Below, one piece after another: positions 29,400 through 43,488 of a DNA stretch of 64,000 bases. The position numbers and the translations under genes were made by a program. The stretch's first letter is position 1. Each line of letters starts with the position of its first letter. The notes under the pieces were generated by a model that made no database searches, was not told where the DNA came from, and saw nothing but the letters and a program-made list of their open reading frames with translations. This stretch comes from Octopus sinensis (lineage: Eukaryota), in the NCBI RefSeq assembly GCF_006345805.1, contig NC_042998.1, forward strand, positions 17,794,001 through 17,858,000, given 5' to 3'.

Positions 29400-30060
29400 C
29401 GATTTGACGCTGTGATCCATGGTACTTTCCCTCAACGACCTTGTATGTCTAGATAAAAGCCTGATATTTTGTCTCGCCTAGATATAAAATGAGGACTTAT
29501 GGTTGTTAAATCTGGTATTGCACGAACTTTCTCTCATGCCCACATATTCCTATACGCCTGTCTGCACGGATCCTTTGATATCACCTCTGTCTTATATACG
29601 ACTGTTAACTGAACATGTGGTGTTGCCTCTTTGACATGCAAAACCACCTGCAGAGTTCAAGAATATTAGCCATAAATCCAGGGATTTCCTACTCAGAATC
29701 AAAGGACTTGAAGCCTATTGAACGTCATACCTCGCCTGCTGTTCATGCAAAGGCAACATTACATGTCATCTTAGCTGATTGTGCAACAAGAGACCTTCGT
29801 ATGTGTGGTAGAGGTGATATCACAGGATGAATGTGCAAAACTACACGGGCACAGCAGGTCTGTTCAAAACCAAATTTGACAACCATATACACACCTTTAT
29901 CATGTATGAGAGGTAAAATACCACAGCCATAGCTAGGCATGTATGATCATTGAAGGTTAAGTGACCTAAAAGTGAGACCTGTTGTAGTTGTAATAGTAGT
30001 GACTGGAATTGTTCTGAATAAATTCATGAGTAGTGACTGTTCTCAATATATCGTTTTTAC
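29400..30060 (+). mobile_element. Highly degenerate Penelope-like element (linker plus GIY-YIG remnant)
   Basis: Across frameshifts: GISYSESKDLKPI; CSCKGNITCHLS*LC; YTGTAGLFKTKFDNHIHTF...NTTAIARHV*SLK. This follows the CxC...CPLxGxC / YxG / NH..SF / T.LS.H.W.LK pattern of PLE endonucleases. Confidence 0.55.
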
Positions 30061-30598
30061 TATTTGCGTGGGTATTATTCTAAGGCCTTTGTAGTAGCGT
30101 CATTTGTGGTGGACGCATTCAAAATGGGTTTATATTTTGTTATAACACATGACATTTTGCAAATGCGCTGATTACAGGTTGCATCGTCCGTGAATTTAAA
30201 GAGGGATAAAATTCTGAAGCTGAGTTGTTTGTTAGTGGCGCAAATGTCGATGTGTTCGCTGAATGCTATTTTTCTGTGTTCTCGAATTTCGACCTGGGAT
30301 CTATGTAGAGTCACTCTCTTATGTAGGCTGTTTATAGTTTAGCTCAGGTATTGCTCTCGATACCCTGAGCAAGTTAATACATATATTAGGTTTTACCGAA
30401 GCACATGTGAGGCTGTTTTTCACTGCAAAACGTAGACCCCGTTTGAAAGAGAACTCTTATCCCTCAATTAGGTTGACACAAATACAACAGTTATTGAAGA
30501 AGACGAAGAAGAAGAAGAAAAAGAGGGAGTAGGAAAAGAAGAAAAAGAATAATAACTGTGGTATATATACATACAAATATATATACATTTACATATAA

Positions 30599-30630
<32 letters not shown>

Positions 30631-31626
30631 ATAGAAGAATAAGAAGTAGAAAATCTTTGGTACCGTAATATATATTTGAAAAAATGAATAGAATTGGCTT
30701 TTCTGATAATTCTTCCACTTTAATAATTAGATGTCTATATCTAATTATTTAAAGTGGAAAAATTATCAGAAAAGCCATTTCTATTCGCTTTCTTTAAATA
30801 CACACACACACACTTCTTTTAGTATTTTGTCTCGTATTCATTTCTCTTTACGTGTTTTTCATTTCTTTGTAATGTCCTGTTCTTAAGGTGTATATTTTCA
30901 TTATTTAATAATTGAACACCACTCAGCCCTTTCCAACGGTATCTTTTTACATTTATATGTAATCTCTGTGACTCAACACTCTGTCGCCTGCCTATTTTCT
31001 TTCCTTTCTCTCTACCCCCTATCATCTATATTTCTTTTTCTCCCCCTCCTTTTTGTTGGCCCTTGTCTGTCTATCTTTCCTTCTCCCTTCTCCTCACTCC
31101 CCCTGTTTCTTTCCTTCATCCACTCTTGCACCCCTTCCCCTCTGTCTGTTGCTCACACGTGACAGCAGGCTACTTTTCTTGTCTATCTGTCTTCTCTGGG
31201 TTCGACGGCCAGCCAGCCGGGCGTCATTTCTCTGGATATTTTTTCCTCTTCTAATATATATTCTATATCCTTTCAAAATTTCTCCTAGGCGTTATCCATT
31301 ACAATTCGTCTTGGCCTAACAGCCCTTAATGTCTGTTTTCTTCCATATGTCCACTCTGGTGTCGTTTGTTCATTCGAATCCCTAACCCTCCACAAATTTT
31401 ATATTTAAAATTTTTCTGGATGCTGCGATGTTATGAAGTTTTCTTGTCTTGTCGTTGAAATCCCGAAGCAGGGAGTAATATCACAGTCGACAACTGAGGA
31501 AGGGCTAGATTTCATTTGAAATTTTGTCCCATATTCATCTGTCGTTGTGTTTTTACGTATTTTCACATTTTGGGGATACCTTGTACCTATATGTAATTTT
31601 TCATATATATGTATACATATATATAC

Positions 31627-31692
<66 letters not shown>

Positions 31693-32154
31693 TACATATA
31701 TAATATATACATAATATATATATATATATATAATACATATATATATATATATAATATATATATATATATAATATATATATGTAATATATATATATAATTA
31801 TTATATATACATATATATATGTATATATATATATATATATACATATATATATGTATATAATATATATATATATATAAAGAGAGAGAGAGAGAATATGAAT
31901 AATCAGTTCATTGGTGATCTAAACAAATAGGTATGCTGTTTAAGTGCTATAACTGGTCATCCATTGGGTTTCAAGTTCACAGCTGAGGCTGGAACTAGGG
32001 ATGTGTAGCAGGTTTCAGAGTTCGCAGATATATATTAGAGGAAAAGCACACCAAAAGCTAAGGAAGGACGAGTATCTCAAGTCATTTACAATATTTAATT
32101 AGAGTAAGGTGAATTTGAGGTAATTAATTAATTGATTAGTTAATTGAATAATTA

Positions 32155-32237
32155 CCTGTCTTACAGCTGTTTCTGGGATATCCTAGGTGATAGGTTAGTA
32201 GTTCCATATACTGGGTATTCCGTCATCAGAGACAAGG
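32155..32237 (-). ncRNA. Type I hammerhead ribozyme motif
   Basis: ccuugucu-CUGAUGA-cggaauacc...ggauauccca-GAAA-C(agcu)G-UA|agacagg. 5-7 bp stem I, palindromic CAGCUG helix III, and an imperfect stem II with a long loop. Confidence 0.6.
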
Positions 32238-32360
32238 ATGAGTATGTTTGGAAGTTCTAGACAGGGAATTCACAGTCGATAAAGGAATAAAATAGTAGAT
32301 AGAAGAATAAAGAGTAAGACAGTAGATAGAAGAATATAGACAGAATAAAGTTCACAGATA

Positions 32361-32525
32361 GGCGCAGGAGTGGCTGTGTGGTAAGTAGCTTGCTTACCAG
32401 CCACATGGTTCCGGGTTCAATCCCACTGCGTGGCATATTGGGCTAGTGTCTTCTGCTATAGCCTCGGGCCGACCAATGCCTTGAGAGTGGATTTGGTAGA
32501 CGGAAACTGAAAGAAGCCCGTCGTA

Positions 32526-32573
<48 letters not shown>

Positions 32574-32790
32574 CGTGTGTGTTTGTGTGTCTGTGTTTTT
32601 CCCCCTAGCATTGCTTGACAACCGATGCTGATGTGTTTACGTCCCTGTCACTTAGCGGTTCGGCAAAAGAGACCGATAGAATAAGTACTGGGCTTACAAA
32701 GAATAAGTCTGGGGTCGATTTGCTCGACTAAAGGCGGTGCTCCAGCATGGCTGCAGTCAAATGACTGAAACAAGTAAGAGAGAAAAAGAG
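32361..32790 (+). mobile_element. SINE family A
   Basis: Family head and tail, about 300 bp beyond the protease stop codon. Confidence 0.85.
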
Positions 32791-33079
32791 AAAAGAAAGA
32801 GATCATCTTCTTCCAAAGGGTATAGAGGTTGAGACAGATAGATAGACAGAGGGAGAGAGACACACACAAATACACAGAATCGACGTAAGCTTAAATAAAA
32901 AACCGTGACAGGTACCGCGATAGATGAACCGCGATGTAGCGAACAATTACAATTGTGAGGAGGGGATAATAGATGACAGCACCTCCTGAGAAGTAAATAC
33001 TATAGATGTGACGACATGTGTTAGATAAGTATTCACACCGACACAGATTGAATTAGGAAAATAGTTTATTTTCATTAAA

Positions 33080-33244
33080 TCAGTCGTTTGCTATTTTGGT
33101 AAATATCCAGTCACTATACGATGACACTTTAGTAAACATATTGGGGTAACCATCGCGACGACATCCAATCACTGCCCATGATGCAATTCCAACAACGAAC
33201 ATTTGGCCATTTCTTGCACACATCAAAGGACCTCCAGAGTCACC
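33080..33244 (-). CDS. Last coding exon of a chymotrypsin-like S1A serine protease (catalytic Ser exon)
   Basis: Minus strand: acceptor ttgttttgtaacag, then phase-0 [54 protein letters not shown] (165 nt). GDSGGP and SW..C...P.FT.V..Y.DWI are S1 hallmarks. AATAAA lies about 10 nt after the stop (33065-33070). Confidence 0.95.
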   Translation of the reverse strand, partial: GDSGGPLMCARNGQMFVVGIASWAVIGCRRDGYPNMFTKVSSYSDWIFTKIAND

Positions 33245-34073
33245 CTGTTACAAAACAATAAGGAAATATATAAGAGTGTTGTGGTTTGCTTCAAGATTTG
33301 TAATACCGAATTAGGAAATGAAAACAGAAAGTAAGAAAGCTTCTAACAGCGCAGAAAGTTTTACAAAACCCTTTATATCTGGGACGTAAAGGCACATCCT
33401 CTGGTAATTATTCAGCTTTCTTATATTCCCTTTTCTTTTTCTTCTATGGAAATTTATCATTACAGGGAAAATATGTACACAATGTATGCTTATTCACATA
33501 CAATACACAGATGCAAACATATACCTGTATATATTTTTAAGGTTATTTCTACAGATATTCTAGAGAAACCTCAGGTAAATCACAAGAAAATAAATATATG
33601 AATTATTGTAGACTTTGTAAACACACCTAAAGTAAGTCTACATTAATTCACATATTTGTTGTCTTGTGATTTACCTTGCATTTTACTTCGCATTACTTTG
33701 GCCTTACCCACGATCCCTTATACAATATATTCTACGCAATGCTTCATAGTAATTATTCCATTATAATATATAATGGGCGATGGCCCAGTGGTTAAGACAG
33801 TGGACTCGCGGTCGTAGGATCGCAGTTTCGATCCCTAGACAGGGCATTGTAAGTGTTTATTGAGCGAAAACACCTAAAGCTCCACGAGGCTCCGGCAGGG
33901 GGTGGTGGCGATCCCTGCTGTACTCTTTCGCCACAACTTTCTGTTACTCTTTCTTCTGTTGGTCTGCTCGCTTAGCCAGCGGGGTGGCGTCATTTGAAGG
34001 CTAAAACAATGCGAAGCACATTGTGACCAGCGATGTGTAGCAACATCTGATAGCCTGGACGGTCACGGTCACG

Positions 34074-34109
<36 letters not shown>

Positions 34110-34238
34110 TGTGTGTGTGTGTGTACATGTGTACATATAAAACATATATATAACTATACATATATCCTAGAATGTAAAATTTACAGTCAACAATACATCT
34201 TAAGAAGAAATATATACATATTTTGCATACTCATTTAC

Positions 34239-34375
34239 CTGACATGCTCCGGTTTCTCCATTACCAACACAGAGATGCGAGTACTCAACATAATTTTTCC
34301 TCCACATATTTCGACAATAATCTGTTGTTCGGATATCTGTAGCCAGTTCATTTAATACCCATCTGTATCCTGTCC
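34239..34375 (-). CDS. S1 serine protease internal exon (Cys168/Cys182/Cys191 region)
   Basis: ttttcag acceptor and CAG|gtaaat donor. 137 nt, phase 1 to phase 0: (G)TGYRWVLNELATDIRTTDYCRNMWRKNYVEYSHLCVGNGETGACQ, which joins directly to GDSGGP. Confidence 0.92.
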
Positions 34376-35199
34376 CTGAAATATAAGGTCTACGGTTAAT
34401 TCTATTTTAATAAGTCTCTCTCTCTCTCTCTCTCTTATATATATATATATATATACATATAACGGGAAGTTTTACGAAAATAAACAAAAGACGAAGGCAG
34501 GTGGTGTACAAACAAACAAATGTATTAGTATGGCGATCAGGAATAGAAATAGAACAAGATTTTACGTTTCGAGCCTACGCTCTTTGACAGAAAGATACTC
34601 AGAAAAATAACAAGGAGAGAAACAAGAAGAGAAAAAAAAATGTGTGTAGGAGCTAACGAACTAACATATTACAATATTAGTGGATGGAACTTTTGAAGAA
34701 ACATCTTATCAGTGGCCAGCATATAAAAGGAAACCAATTAAATTATATAATTGTATAATTATAGTAAGCGCTTAGAAAGAAAATTTTCTAACTTATGTGC
34801 TGAGAAATATTTTATTAATAATTTCCGTTGGCTTGTTGCATTGAACTCAGCACATGTGACTTCTTTGAATGGTGAGACGACCTAGCATCTATTTTTCAGC
34901 ATATAGGCTAGAAAACTTACGTTGTAAGCCCTCATTATAATTATATATACTAGCAGGACCCATGAAAAATTCACGGAAAACATTAAAAAATTAAGCGTCT
35001 GTAAACAGTGTACTGGTGCCATGAAAAGTGCTTGCATATTCTCTCTGAATCAATATAATAAGCACAAGTTGAATACTGGCAGGTAATGCAATTGACTTAC
35101 TCAGCCCCTGAAATTGCTGGCCTTGTGCCAAAATTTTAAACCAATATAAAAACTTGGGCATGATGTCTTGTATTGTCCCTTTCAAAACTGACCTCTTCA

Positions 35200-35427
35200 C
35201 AACTCTTTTACTTGTTTACTTGTTTCAGCCATTTGACTGTGGCCATGCTGGAGCACTGCTTTTACTCGAGCAAATCGACCCCAGGACTTATTCTTTGTAA
35301 GCCTAGTACTTATTCTATTGGTCTCTTTTGCCAAACCACTAGGTTACGGGGACCTAAACACACAAGCACTGGTTGTCAAGCAATGTTGGGGGGACAAACA
35401 CAGACTCACAAATATATACACACATAT

Positions 35428-35482
<55 letters not shown>

Positions 35483-35643
35483 TATATACGACAGGCTTCT
35501 TTCAGTTTCTGTCTACCAAATACACTCACAAGGCTTTGGTCAGCCCAAGACTATCGTAGAAGACACTTGCCCAAGGTGCCACGCAGTGGGACTGAACCCG
35601 GAACTATGTGGTTGGTGAGCAAGCTACTTACCACACAGCCACT
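35200..35643 (-). mobile_element. SINE family A
   Basis: Reverse-complement family sequence; part of a composite block duplicated at about 38270-38960. Confidence 0.85.
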
Positions 35644-36920
35644 TCTACAACCATTAAAAAATGCAGTGAGCTTTTGACAAAATAATCCCTTCATGTAGAA
35701 ATACTGCTTCTGAATTTTGGCACAAGGCCAGCAATTTTGGGGGAGGGGGCAAGTTGATTACATCAACCCCAATGATCAACTGGTACTTATTTCATAGACC
35801 CCCGAAAGGATGGAAGGCAAAGTCGACCTTGGAAGAATTTGAACTCAGAATGTAAAGGCGGACAAAATACTGTGTGTATGGGTCTGTATGATACTCAACT
35901 CCTGGGCATTACTATCTCCAGTCCTCTGTTTCATAAGGCCAGATACCCAGTTTCTATAGAATATAAGCTAGAGAAATATTTACCCAAAGTGTCCTGCAGT
36001 GAGATTGAACTCAAGACCATGCTAATGATTTCGCCAGCTTACTACCTTTCTATGTATAGAAATATTGTTTACCTAACTCTTTAGACCCTCTCTGGACATA
36101 CTAGTTTCTATTGTTCTGGCAAATATTATATGCTCAAAACTAGGAATTAACTTTCCACAGCTGCATAATATATCGAAATTTACAAAAAATTTTACTGACA
36201 CAGAGAATTACTACTTTCCTAGGACACTTATAGTTATGTTTGTAAATTTTCTCAATAAAAATCTATTTTCAAGTTTCGGAAATTCAAAACCTATTATTAA
36301 AAATGTATACCTTATATGAAAATTATACTGGAAAGCTGAAGAAGTTATGGAAACCTATATCTGCTATGAAACAATCTGCTTTAATATGAAAACATATTAT
36401 TAAAAACTAGTCTATTATCAAGCTGAAGAAAAAAAATAAAATATATATATAAAGTATCTGGATAATAGTTTGAAGAAGTTCCAGTTTCTGTTTCAACTAA
36501 AAAGTTTCTAAAAGTTAGAATATGTTGACTCCTTAACATATTTTGATCTTTCAAAGACCTCCAATCATATATGCAGAAAATTTCACTCAGGCACACATAC
36601 AAATACAGACATACACACATGCTCACATATAGATGTGAACACTCTTAGAAACACACATCTATTGCGTGTGTGTGTGTGTGTGTGTGGAAATACTTGCAAA
36701 TGTCTCGGTAAAGACATATTTATATGTAATTATTTATAAAAGCCCTGATTAATTCCAGCTTAGCAAGCACATTATTGTCTGTGTAGGGTATGTGTGCATG
36801 CGTGTGTGTAGATAGAAAGATAGGTAGACGTATCCATAGATGCATGCATATACACAAACATACACACACGTATAAGATATATGTATGTGTGCGTGTGTGT
36901 GTTTGTGCATGTGTCAAAAG

Positions 36921-36965
<45 letters not shown>

Positions 36966-37107
36966 ATATATATATACATATATATATATATAATATATAT
37001 ATATATATTATATATATATATATTATATATATATACACACACACACACATATATATATACACACATATAAATATATATATATACATACACACACACACAC
37101 GCACACA

Positions 37108-37138
<31 letters not shown>

Positions 37139-37428
37139 CACACACACAGGTATAAATGATGATGATGATATATATATATATTTACATACATACAGACATT
37201 GTGATAGTGTACGTGTGTGTGTGTGTGTATGTGTGTGAGTGTGTGTAAGCTCCAAGGAACAAGCTGTCAGAGAATTCACGTGTATCAGTGATTGCTTTCT
37301 AGATGAGGTTCACAGGTCATGATAAAGACAGACTGTATATTATATATTATATTATATTATATTTATATATACATATACTCCCAAACACACACACATATAT
37401 ATATATATGTATATGTAGAAATGCATAC

Positions 37429-37482
<54 letters not shown>

Positions 37483-38439
37483 ATATATATATATTCTGTT
37501 TATAGAGAAATAGATAATTCTATTATTGTAATGATAATCATTAAGTTGGAATATTCAATATGAAATTTAGAAAACTACCTCTGTGTATTTACGACCTTAA
37601 CATTATTATAATAATTTCTTTGGTTCAAAGTGCGATACAAATAACTATGGCAGCATGGCAGTGGCTGAAAATGTTTTCCAATATTTAATGTTACAACTTT
37701 TGATTCAGAGCTCAAATGTTACCGTATTCTCAAAAGACAATCAGTTTAATTGCATTCTTTCTACAGCGAGAATAATTTCTTTTGCAGCAAATTTGGAATT
37801 TACCTTTGTTAGCAATAATAACTACTTCTTCTAGAACTAGTTTCGATGCACTTGTGGCTAAGTAGTTAAAACTTTTGCTCTATGACGATTTGGCAAGCTT
37901 GCTGCCTTGTGGCAAACTGGTCAGAATTGGTAGTGCACCGGCCAAAATGCTTAGCAGTATTTCTTTTAGTTCTTTACATTCTCGGTTCAAATTTCACTAA
38001 ATTCAACTTTGCCTTTAAGTGCAATATAAAAGCTGGCAGAATCCTTAGCTTGCATGGAAAAATGCTTAACAGTATTTCTTCTGTCTATAAGGTAGCTAAA
38101 AGGTGGCAAACGTTAGCACGCCGGGTGAAATGCTTAGTGGTATTTCATCTGCCGTTACATTCTGAGTTCAAATTCTGCCCTTTGTGGGTAGTAATGAAAT
38201 AAGTATTTCTTTTGTCTATACATTATGAGTTCAAATTCTGCTGAGGTCAGTTTTGCCTGTAATTCTTTCAGATTCAATATAATAAGCACAAGTTGAACAC
38301 TTACTCAGTCCCTGCAATTGACTTACTCAGCCCCTGAAATTGCTGGCCTTGAGCCAAAATTTGAAATCAATATAAAAGCTTGGGACATGCTGTCTTGTAT
38401 TACCCCTTTCGAAACTGACCTCTTCACAACTCTTACTCT

Positions 38440-38812
38440 TTTACTTGTTTCAGCCATTTGAATGTGGCTATTCTGGAGCACTGCCTTTACTCAAGCAAAT
38501 CGACCCCAGGACTTATTCTTTGTAAGCCTAGTACTTATTCTATTGGTCTCTTTTGCCGAACCACTAGGTTACAGGGACCTAAACACACAAGCACTTGTTG
38601 TCAAGCAATGTTGCGGGGACAAACACAGACACACAAACATATACACACACATACGACAGGCTTCTTTCAGTTTCCGTCTACCAAATACACTCACAAGGCT
38701 TTGGTCGGCCCAGGGCTATAGTAGAAGACATTTGCCCAAGGGGCCACGCAGTGGGACTGAACGCGGAACCATGTGGTTGGTCAGCAAACTACTTACCACA
38801 CGGCCACTCCTA
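38440..38812 (-). mobile_element. SINE family A
   Basis: Reverse-complement family sequence. Confidence 0.85.
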
Positions 38813-38974
38813 CAACCATTAAAAAAAGCAGTGAGCTTTTGACAAAATAATCCCTTCATGTAGAAATACTGTTTCTGAATTTTGGCACAAGGCCAGCAAT
38901 GTTGGGGGAGGGAGCATGTCGATTACATCAACCCCAGTGATCAACTGATACTTATTTCATAGAATTTGCCTATG

Positions 38975-39400
38975 GTTGTGTGGTAAGTAGCTTGCTTACA
39001 AACAGCATGGTTCCGGGTTCAGTACCACTGAGTTGCACCTTGGGCAAGTGTCTTCTACTATAGCCCCAGGCTGACCAAAGCCTTGTGAGTGGATTTGGTA
39101 GACAGAAACTGAAAAAAGCCCATTGTATATCTGTGTATATATATATATATATATAAATGTGTGTGTGTGTGTGTGCATGTATATGTTTGTATATCTATGT
39201 TTGTTCCCCCAACATCACTTGACAACTGATGCTGGTGTGTTTATGTTGCCGTAACTTAGCAGTTCGGCAAAAGAGACTGATAGAATAAGTACTAAGCTTA
39301 CAAAGAATAAGTCCTGGCGTTGATTTGCTCGACTAATGGTGGTGCTCCAGCATGGCCACAGCCAAATGACTGAAACAAGTAAAAGAGTAAAAGAGTAAAG
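38975..39400 (+). mobile_element. SINE family A (5'-clipped)
   Basis: Family core and tail; head-to-head with 38440-38812. Confidence 0.8.
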
Positions 39401-41729
39401 AATATCTTCCCTGTAACTTAGCAGTTTGACAAACAGGTCACTAACAGACTAAGTACCAGGCTTTACAAAGAAATAATTACTGGGGTTGATTCATTCAACT
39501 AAAACCCTTCAAAGCAGTGTCCCTGCATGATCACAGTCCAATGACTGAAATAAGTAAAAGATAAAAGAACCCTGAGGCCCTTTGAGCAAATGCATTTGCC
39601 ATAACACTGTTTCAATCAAAGATTCATGAAGAAATTTAGTTAGACAGAAACTGCCTTGAAGTTCATTAAATTCAATGGGCTATGCACAGGGATGACCCTA
39701 AGGGTGCTGGCACCGTGAGCAAGCTGAACTTAGGTGCATACAAGCTGATGGTCATGGAAATTTCCTTATCTTTGTTATACCCTCCTTGGTACCCACTAGC
39801 ACGTGGCACCTCGGGTGACTGCCCGAGTTGCCAGTCCCTTGAGCCAGCCCCGACTATACATGTAATCCATTGGTTCTACTTTTACACATTTCAATCAAGC
39901 TTCAATTTTACCCAAGAATTAGGTTAACAGTACATGCCTGTATGTCATGCTCAGCCACTTCCCACTCTTGTTCAATGAATAGATCACCCATCTGAACAAT
40001 CATTTGCTGATATCAGTGCTAGAGTCATTGTTATAACCAATTGTGCTAATCTTGTTTGTTTTATTCTTGAGCTTACCTGTAGTCATTTTTTAACCCTTTA
40101 ACACCCTAGTATTCAGATTTCAGAGAAGACACATGGCATAGTGGTTAGTGTATTTACATCATGATCATAAGGTCATAAGTTCAATTCTCAGTGCATTACG
40201 TCCTTAAGCAAAACACTTTATTACTTCCACCTTTGCGAAGGAGGAAGTATTGCTTTGAGTCATGTTTGTTTGTTTGTTTCTTTGTCCATGGACAAGATAT
40301 CTCAAGAACCACTGGATGGATTCAGATGAAATATTCAGGGATGTTTGGCTTCATGACTGGCACAAACTGATTAGATTTTTGGATCGATCCGGTACCAAAA
40401 TTTTTGAGAGTGGTCGGGTTCATTCTCAGTATTCTCGTTTGTGAGAGCAGTCGAGTTTATTTCAGATATTCTCACTTTAAAAATCATCTCTAGCTAATCA
40501 TTGAGAGGACGTTGGTGTTGCCTTGGCTGAGGTTTGCACTCTCTGAGTGCTCTTGTTTCACATTGCTCCAGTTCACTCAGTAGGCAAAAATGAGTTGTAC
40601 TGTAGTTCAATTGGCCAGTCTTGTCAAATTTGGTGTGACATGCTGAATCTCCTTGAGAACTTATGTTAATTTGGTTTCGTGGAGCAAAAGGATGCAAAAA
40701 TGTTTTATATGAGTTGAAATCTTGCAAGAAAAAATAAGATAGTTGTGAGAACAGGTGAAATAGATGCTTTAAGATATCCACACTATGTTGTATGGCTGGT
40801 TACAAAGATGTCAAGTTTGAGATCTCTATGGTCAATTTAGATAGGAAACATTGAGAGGGAATTGGTTACTGAAAGCTAAGTGTGTCTTTCACAATGCCTA
40901 AAGTCTACAAAGTTGGGATTTGCAAGGAAATTTTGAGGGAATTGACAGTAAAAATTATGGATAGCATGTGACAAGTTGTTATGAAAAGGAAAATTAAATT
41001 AGAATCTGTAAGGCAGTCACAATAGAAAGCATTAGACAGGAGAGTGGTCACATTTAGGAGAGTCTGTTATAAATCTGACATCATCATTATCCTCATCATC
41101 ATTTAACGTCCATTTTCCATGCTAGCATGGGTTGGACTTTTCGACCAGGGTCTGGGAAGCCAGGAGGCTGCACCAGGCTCCAGTCTGATCTGGCAGTGTT
41201 TCTACAGCTGGATGCCTTTCCCAACACCAACCACTCCGTGAGTGTATTGGGTGCTTTTTATGTGCCACCTGCACAAGTGCCAGGGGAGGCTGGAAATGAC
41301 CATGATCAGTTGGTGCTTTTTATGTGCCACCGGCACTTTTTATGTACCACTGATATAACAATAAGAAAATTATTTGTCTACTTCCTTGATACTAAACACA
41401 TTGGCAGGGTGTTTACTGTAATGTACAAGAGTACTAAACCGTTTCAATTAGCCTGGATGGGTTGAAATATATCTTGACCAACAGTTGTGATTGACCACTA
41501 AAGAATTGTGTTATTCAATTTCAAACAGAAGTGTGCAGCTTTTCAGCAGCACTTTTCCTAACTTTTTAGATTGTGATGTAAGAATAATTCTAATGAATAT
41601 AATAATGATTAGTGTAGCATTTGGGTTGAGATCAATGTGTAGTGATAATGAGTATAATAATAACAACACTATACATGTCTCTTAACTATTACCTGCTAAA
41701 CTTTAACCAAACAATTGATTTCATACACT

Positions 41730-42130
41730 TTTACTCTTTTACTAGTTTCAGTCATTTCACTGTGGCCATGCTGGAGCACCACCTTTAGTCAAGCAAATCA
41801 ATCCCAGGACTTATTCTTTGTAAGCCTAGTACTTATTCTATCGGTCTCTTTTGCCAATCCGCTAAGTTACGGGGACGTAAACACACCAGCACTGGTTGTC
41901 AAGCGATGTTGTGGAGACAAACACAGACACACAAATATATACACAAATATGCACATATATATATACATATATATGACGGGCTTCTTTCAGTTTCCGTCTA
42001 CCAAATCCACTCACAAGGCTTTGGTCAGCCCGAGGCTATAGTAGAAGAGACTTGCCCAAGGTGCCACACAGTGGGACTGAACCCAGAACCATATGGTTGG
42101 TAAGCAAGCTACTTACCACTCCTACGCCTA
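41730..42130 (-). mobile_element. SINE family A
   Basis: Reverse-complement family sequence. Confidence 0.85.
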
Positions 42131-42488
42131 TGCGGTCAAGTTCTACCTACTTCTATATATCTTTATTGATTTTTCTTTTCTGTTTTTTTTTTCTGTCCCC
42201 ACTTCTAGAATTTGTGCATATTGATACAACTGAGATATTAATCCAATCAACACATTGCCCAATCTGATATTGTAGGCTCATCATTTTTAGTCAGGTCATG
42301 AAGGTTTTGCTGTCTTGTCACGCCACTTGGAAGCTAACATTAGGAGGTAGAGTTTGAACTCTGAATGAAAAGAACTGGACCAGACACCACAAAACATTTC
42401 ACTCAATACTTTTACAATTTTGTCGGTGCCCCACCAGTACTGGTACTTTATTAAAAGTATAAAATGGCAACAACTTACCCATTGCACC

Positions 42489-42560
<72 letters not shown>

Positions 42561-42618
42561 TATATTATATATATATATATATATATATTATGTATATATA
42601 TTATATATATATATATAT

Positions 42619-42693
<75 letters not shown>

Positions 42694-43316
42694 TAATATA
42701 TATATATATATATACCAGTACAGTGCACCATCCTGTACTGGTACTTTATTAATCAACCAAAGATAATGAAATAGGATTTGAACTTGAGTTATAGATGGGA
42801 GAAATAAATACCTCAATGTTTTCTTTGTGACACTCAAACAAATCTAAATACACCTCCTTCACAATCGAAAATATTGGTAATTAAATAATAATTTAATTCA
42901 AATTAATAACAAAGATCGCAAATTTGGATAATCTTATATACCAGAGGGAGAGCCGAGTTCTTACATACGTTTCCCCGTGGCCTATGCTGTTCTCCGAATT
43001 TCAATATGTTAAATAAATTCTCCCAAAGGCAGAATGAATGAGATTGCACAAGATCGATTATTCACCTAGGTTTTAGTAACCAAAGTTTAGAGAACTAAAA
43101 GTATATTTAGAAACACCAGTGCTCAATTGTCCCAATGGCATTACTATCGTATACAGATTTGCAAGATTTATGGCTTTTATTGAATATTTATTTGCCGACG
43201 CAGACTGCTACAAGATTCTCCTGAGTCTGTTTCTATTAGAAATAAATAGAAGCTTACAAGAGAAATAGTGCTGCTGTAGTATTATTATTGAAATATATTT
43301 ATATATACTGACTTAC

Positions 43317-43488
43317 CGAGAGTTGCACCCCAGCCAGTCATGTAACAATCATCGTTTTCATCGAATACCTCTTCCTGTCCAGGTACGCAAACAGTGTTTA
43401 CAAAATTCTCAAAAGGATTAACAGGTGCTGACAGTTTAACTAGAGCGATATCATTCGGGTAGCCTCCAGCTGGGACATAATCAGGATG
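43317..43488 (-). CDS. S1 serine protease internal exon (catalytic Asp102 to GWG)
   Basis: tttttttgacag acceptor and G|gtaagt donor. 172 nt: HPDYVPAGGYPNDIALVKLSAPVNPFENFVNTVCVPGQEEVFDENDDCYMTGWGATL(G). It contains the HP.Y, NDIAL, C.P and C..TGWG motifs, and its phase fits the next exon. Confidence 0.95.

Noticed and set aside
31478-31530. CUGAGGA...GAAA with a gacaa/uuguc stem I
   Set aside because: Stem II does not pair and helix III is absent; at best a decayed HHR, so it was not counted.
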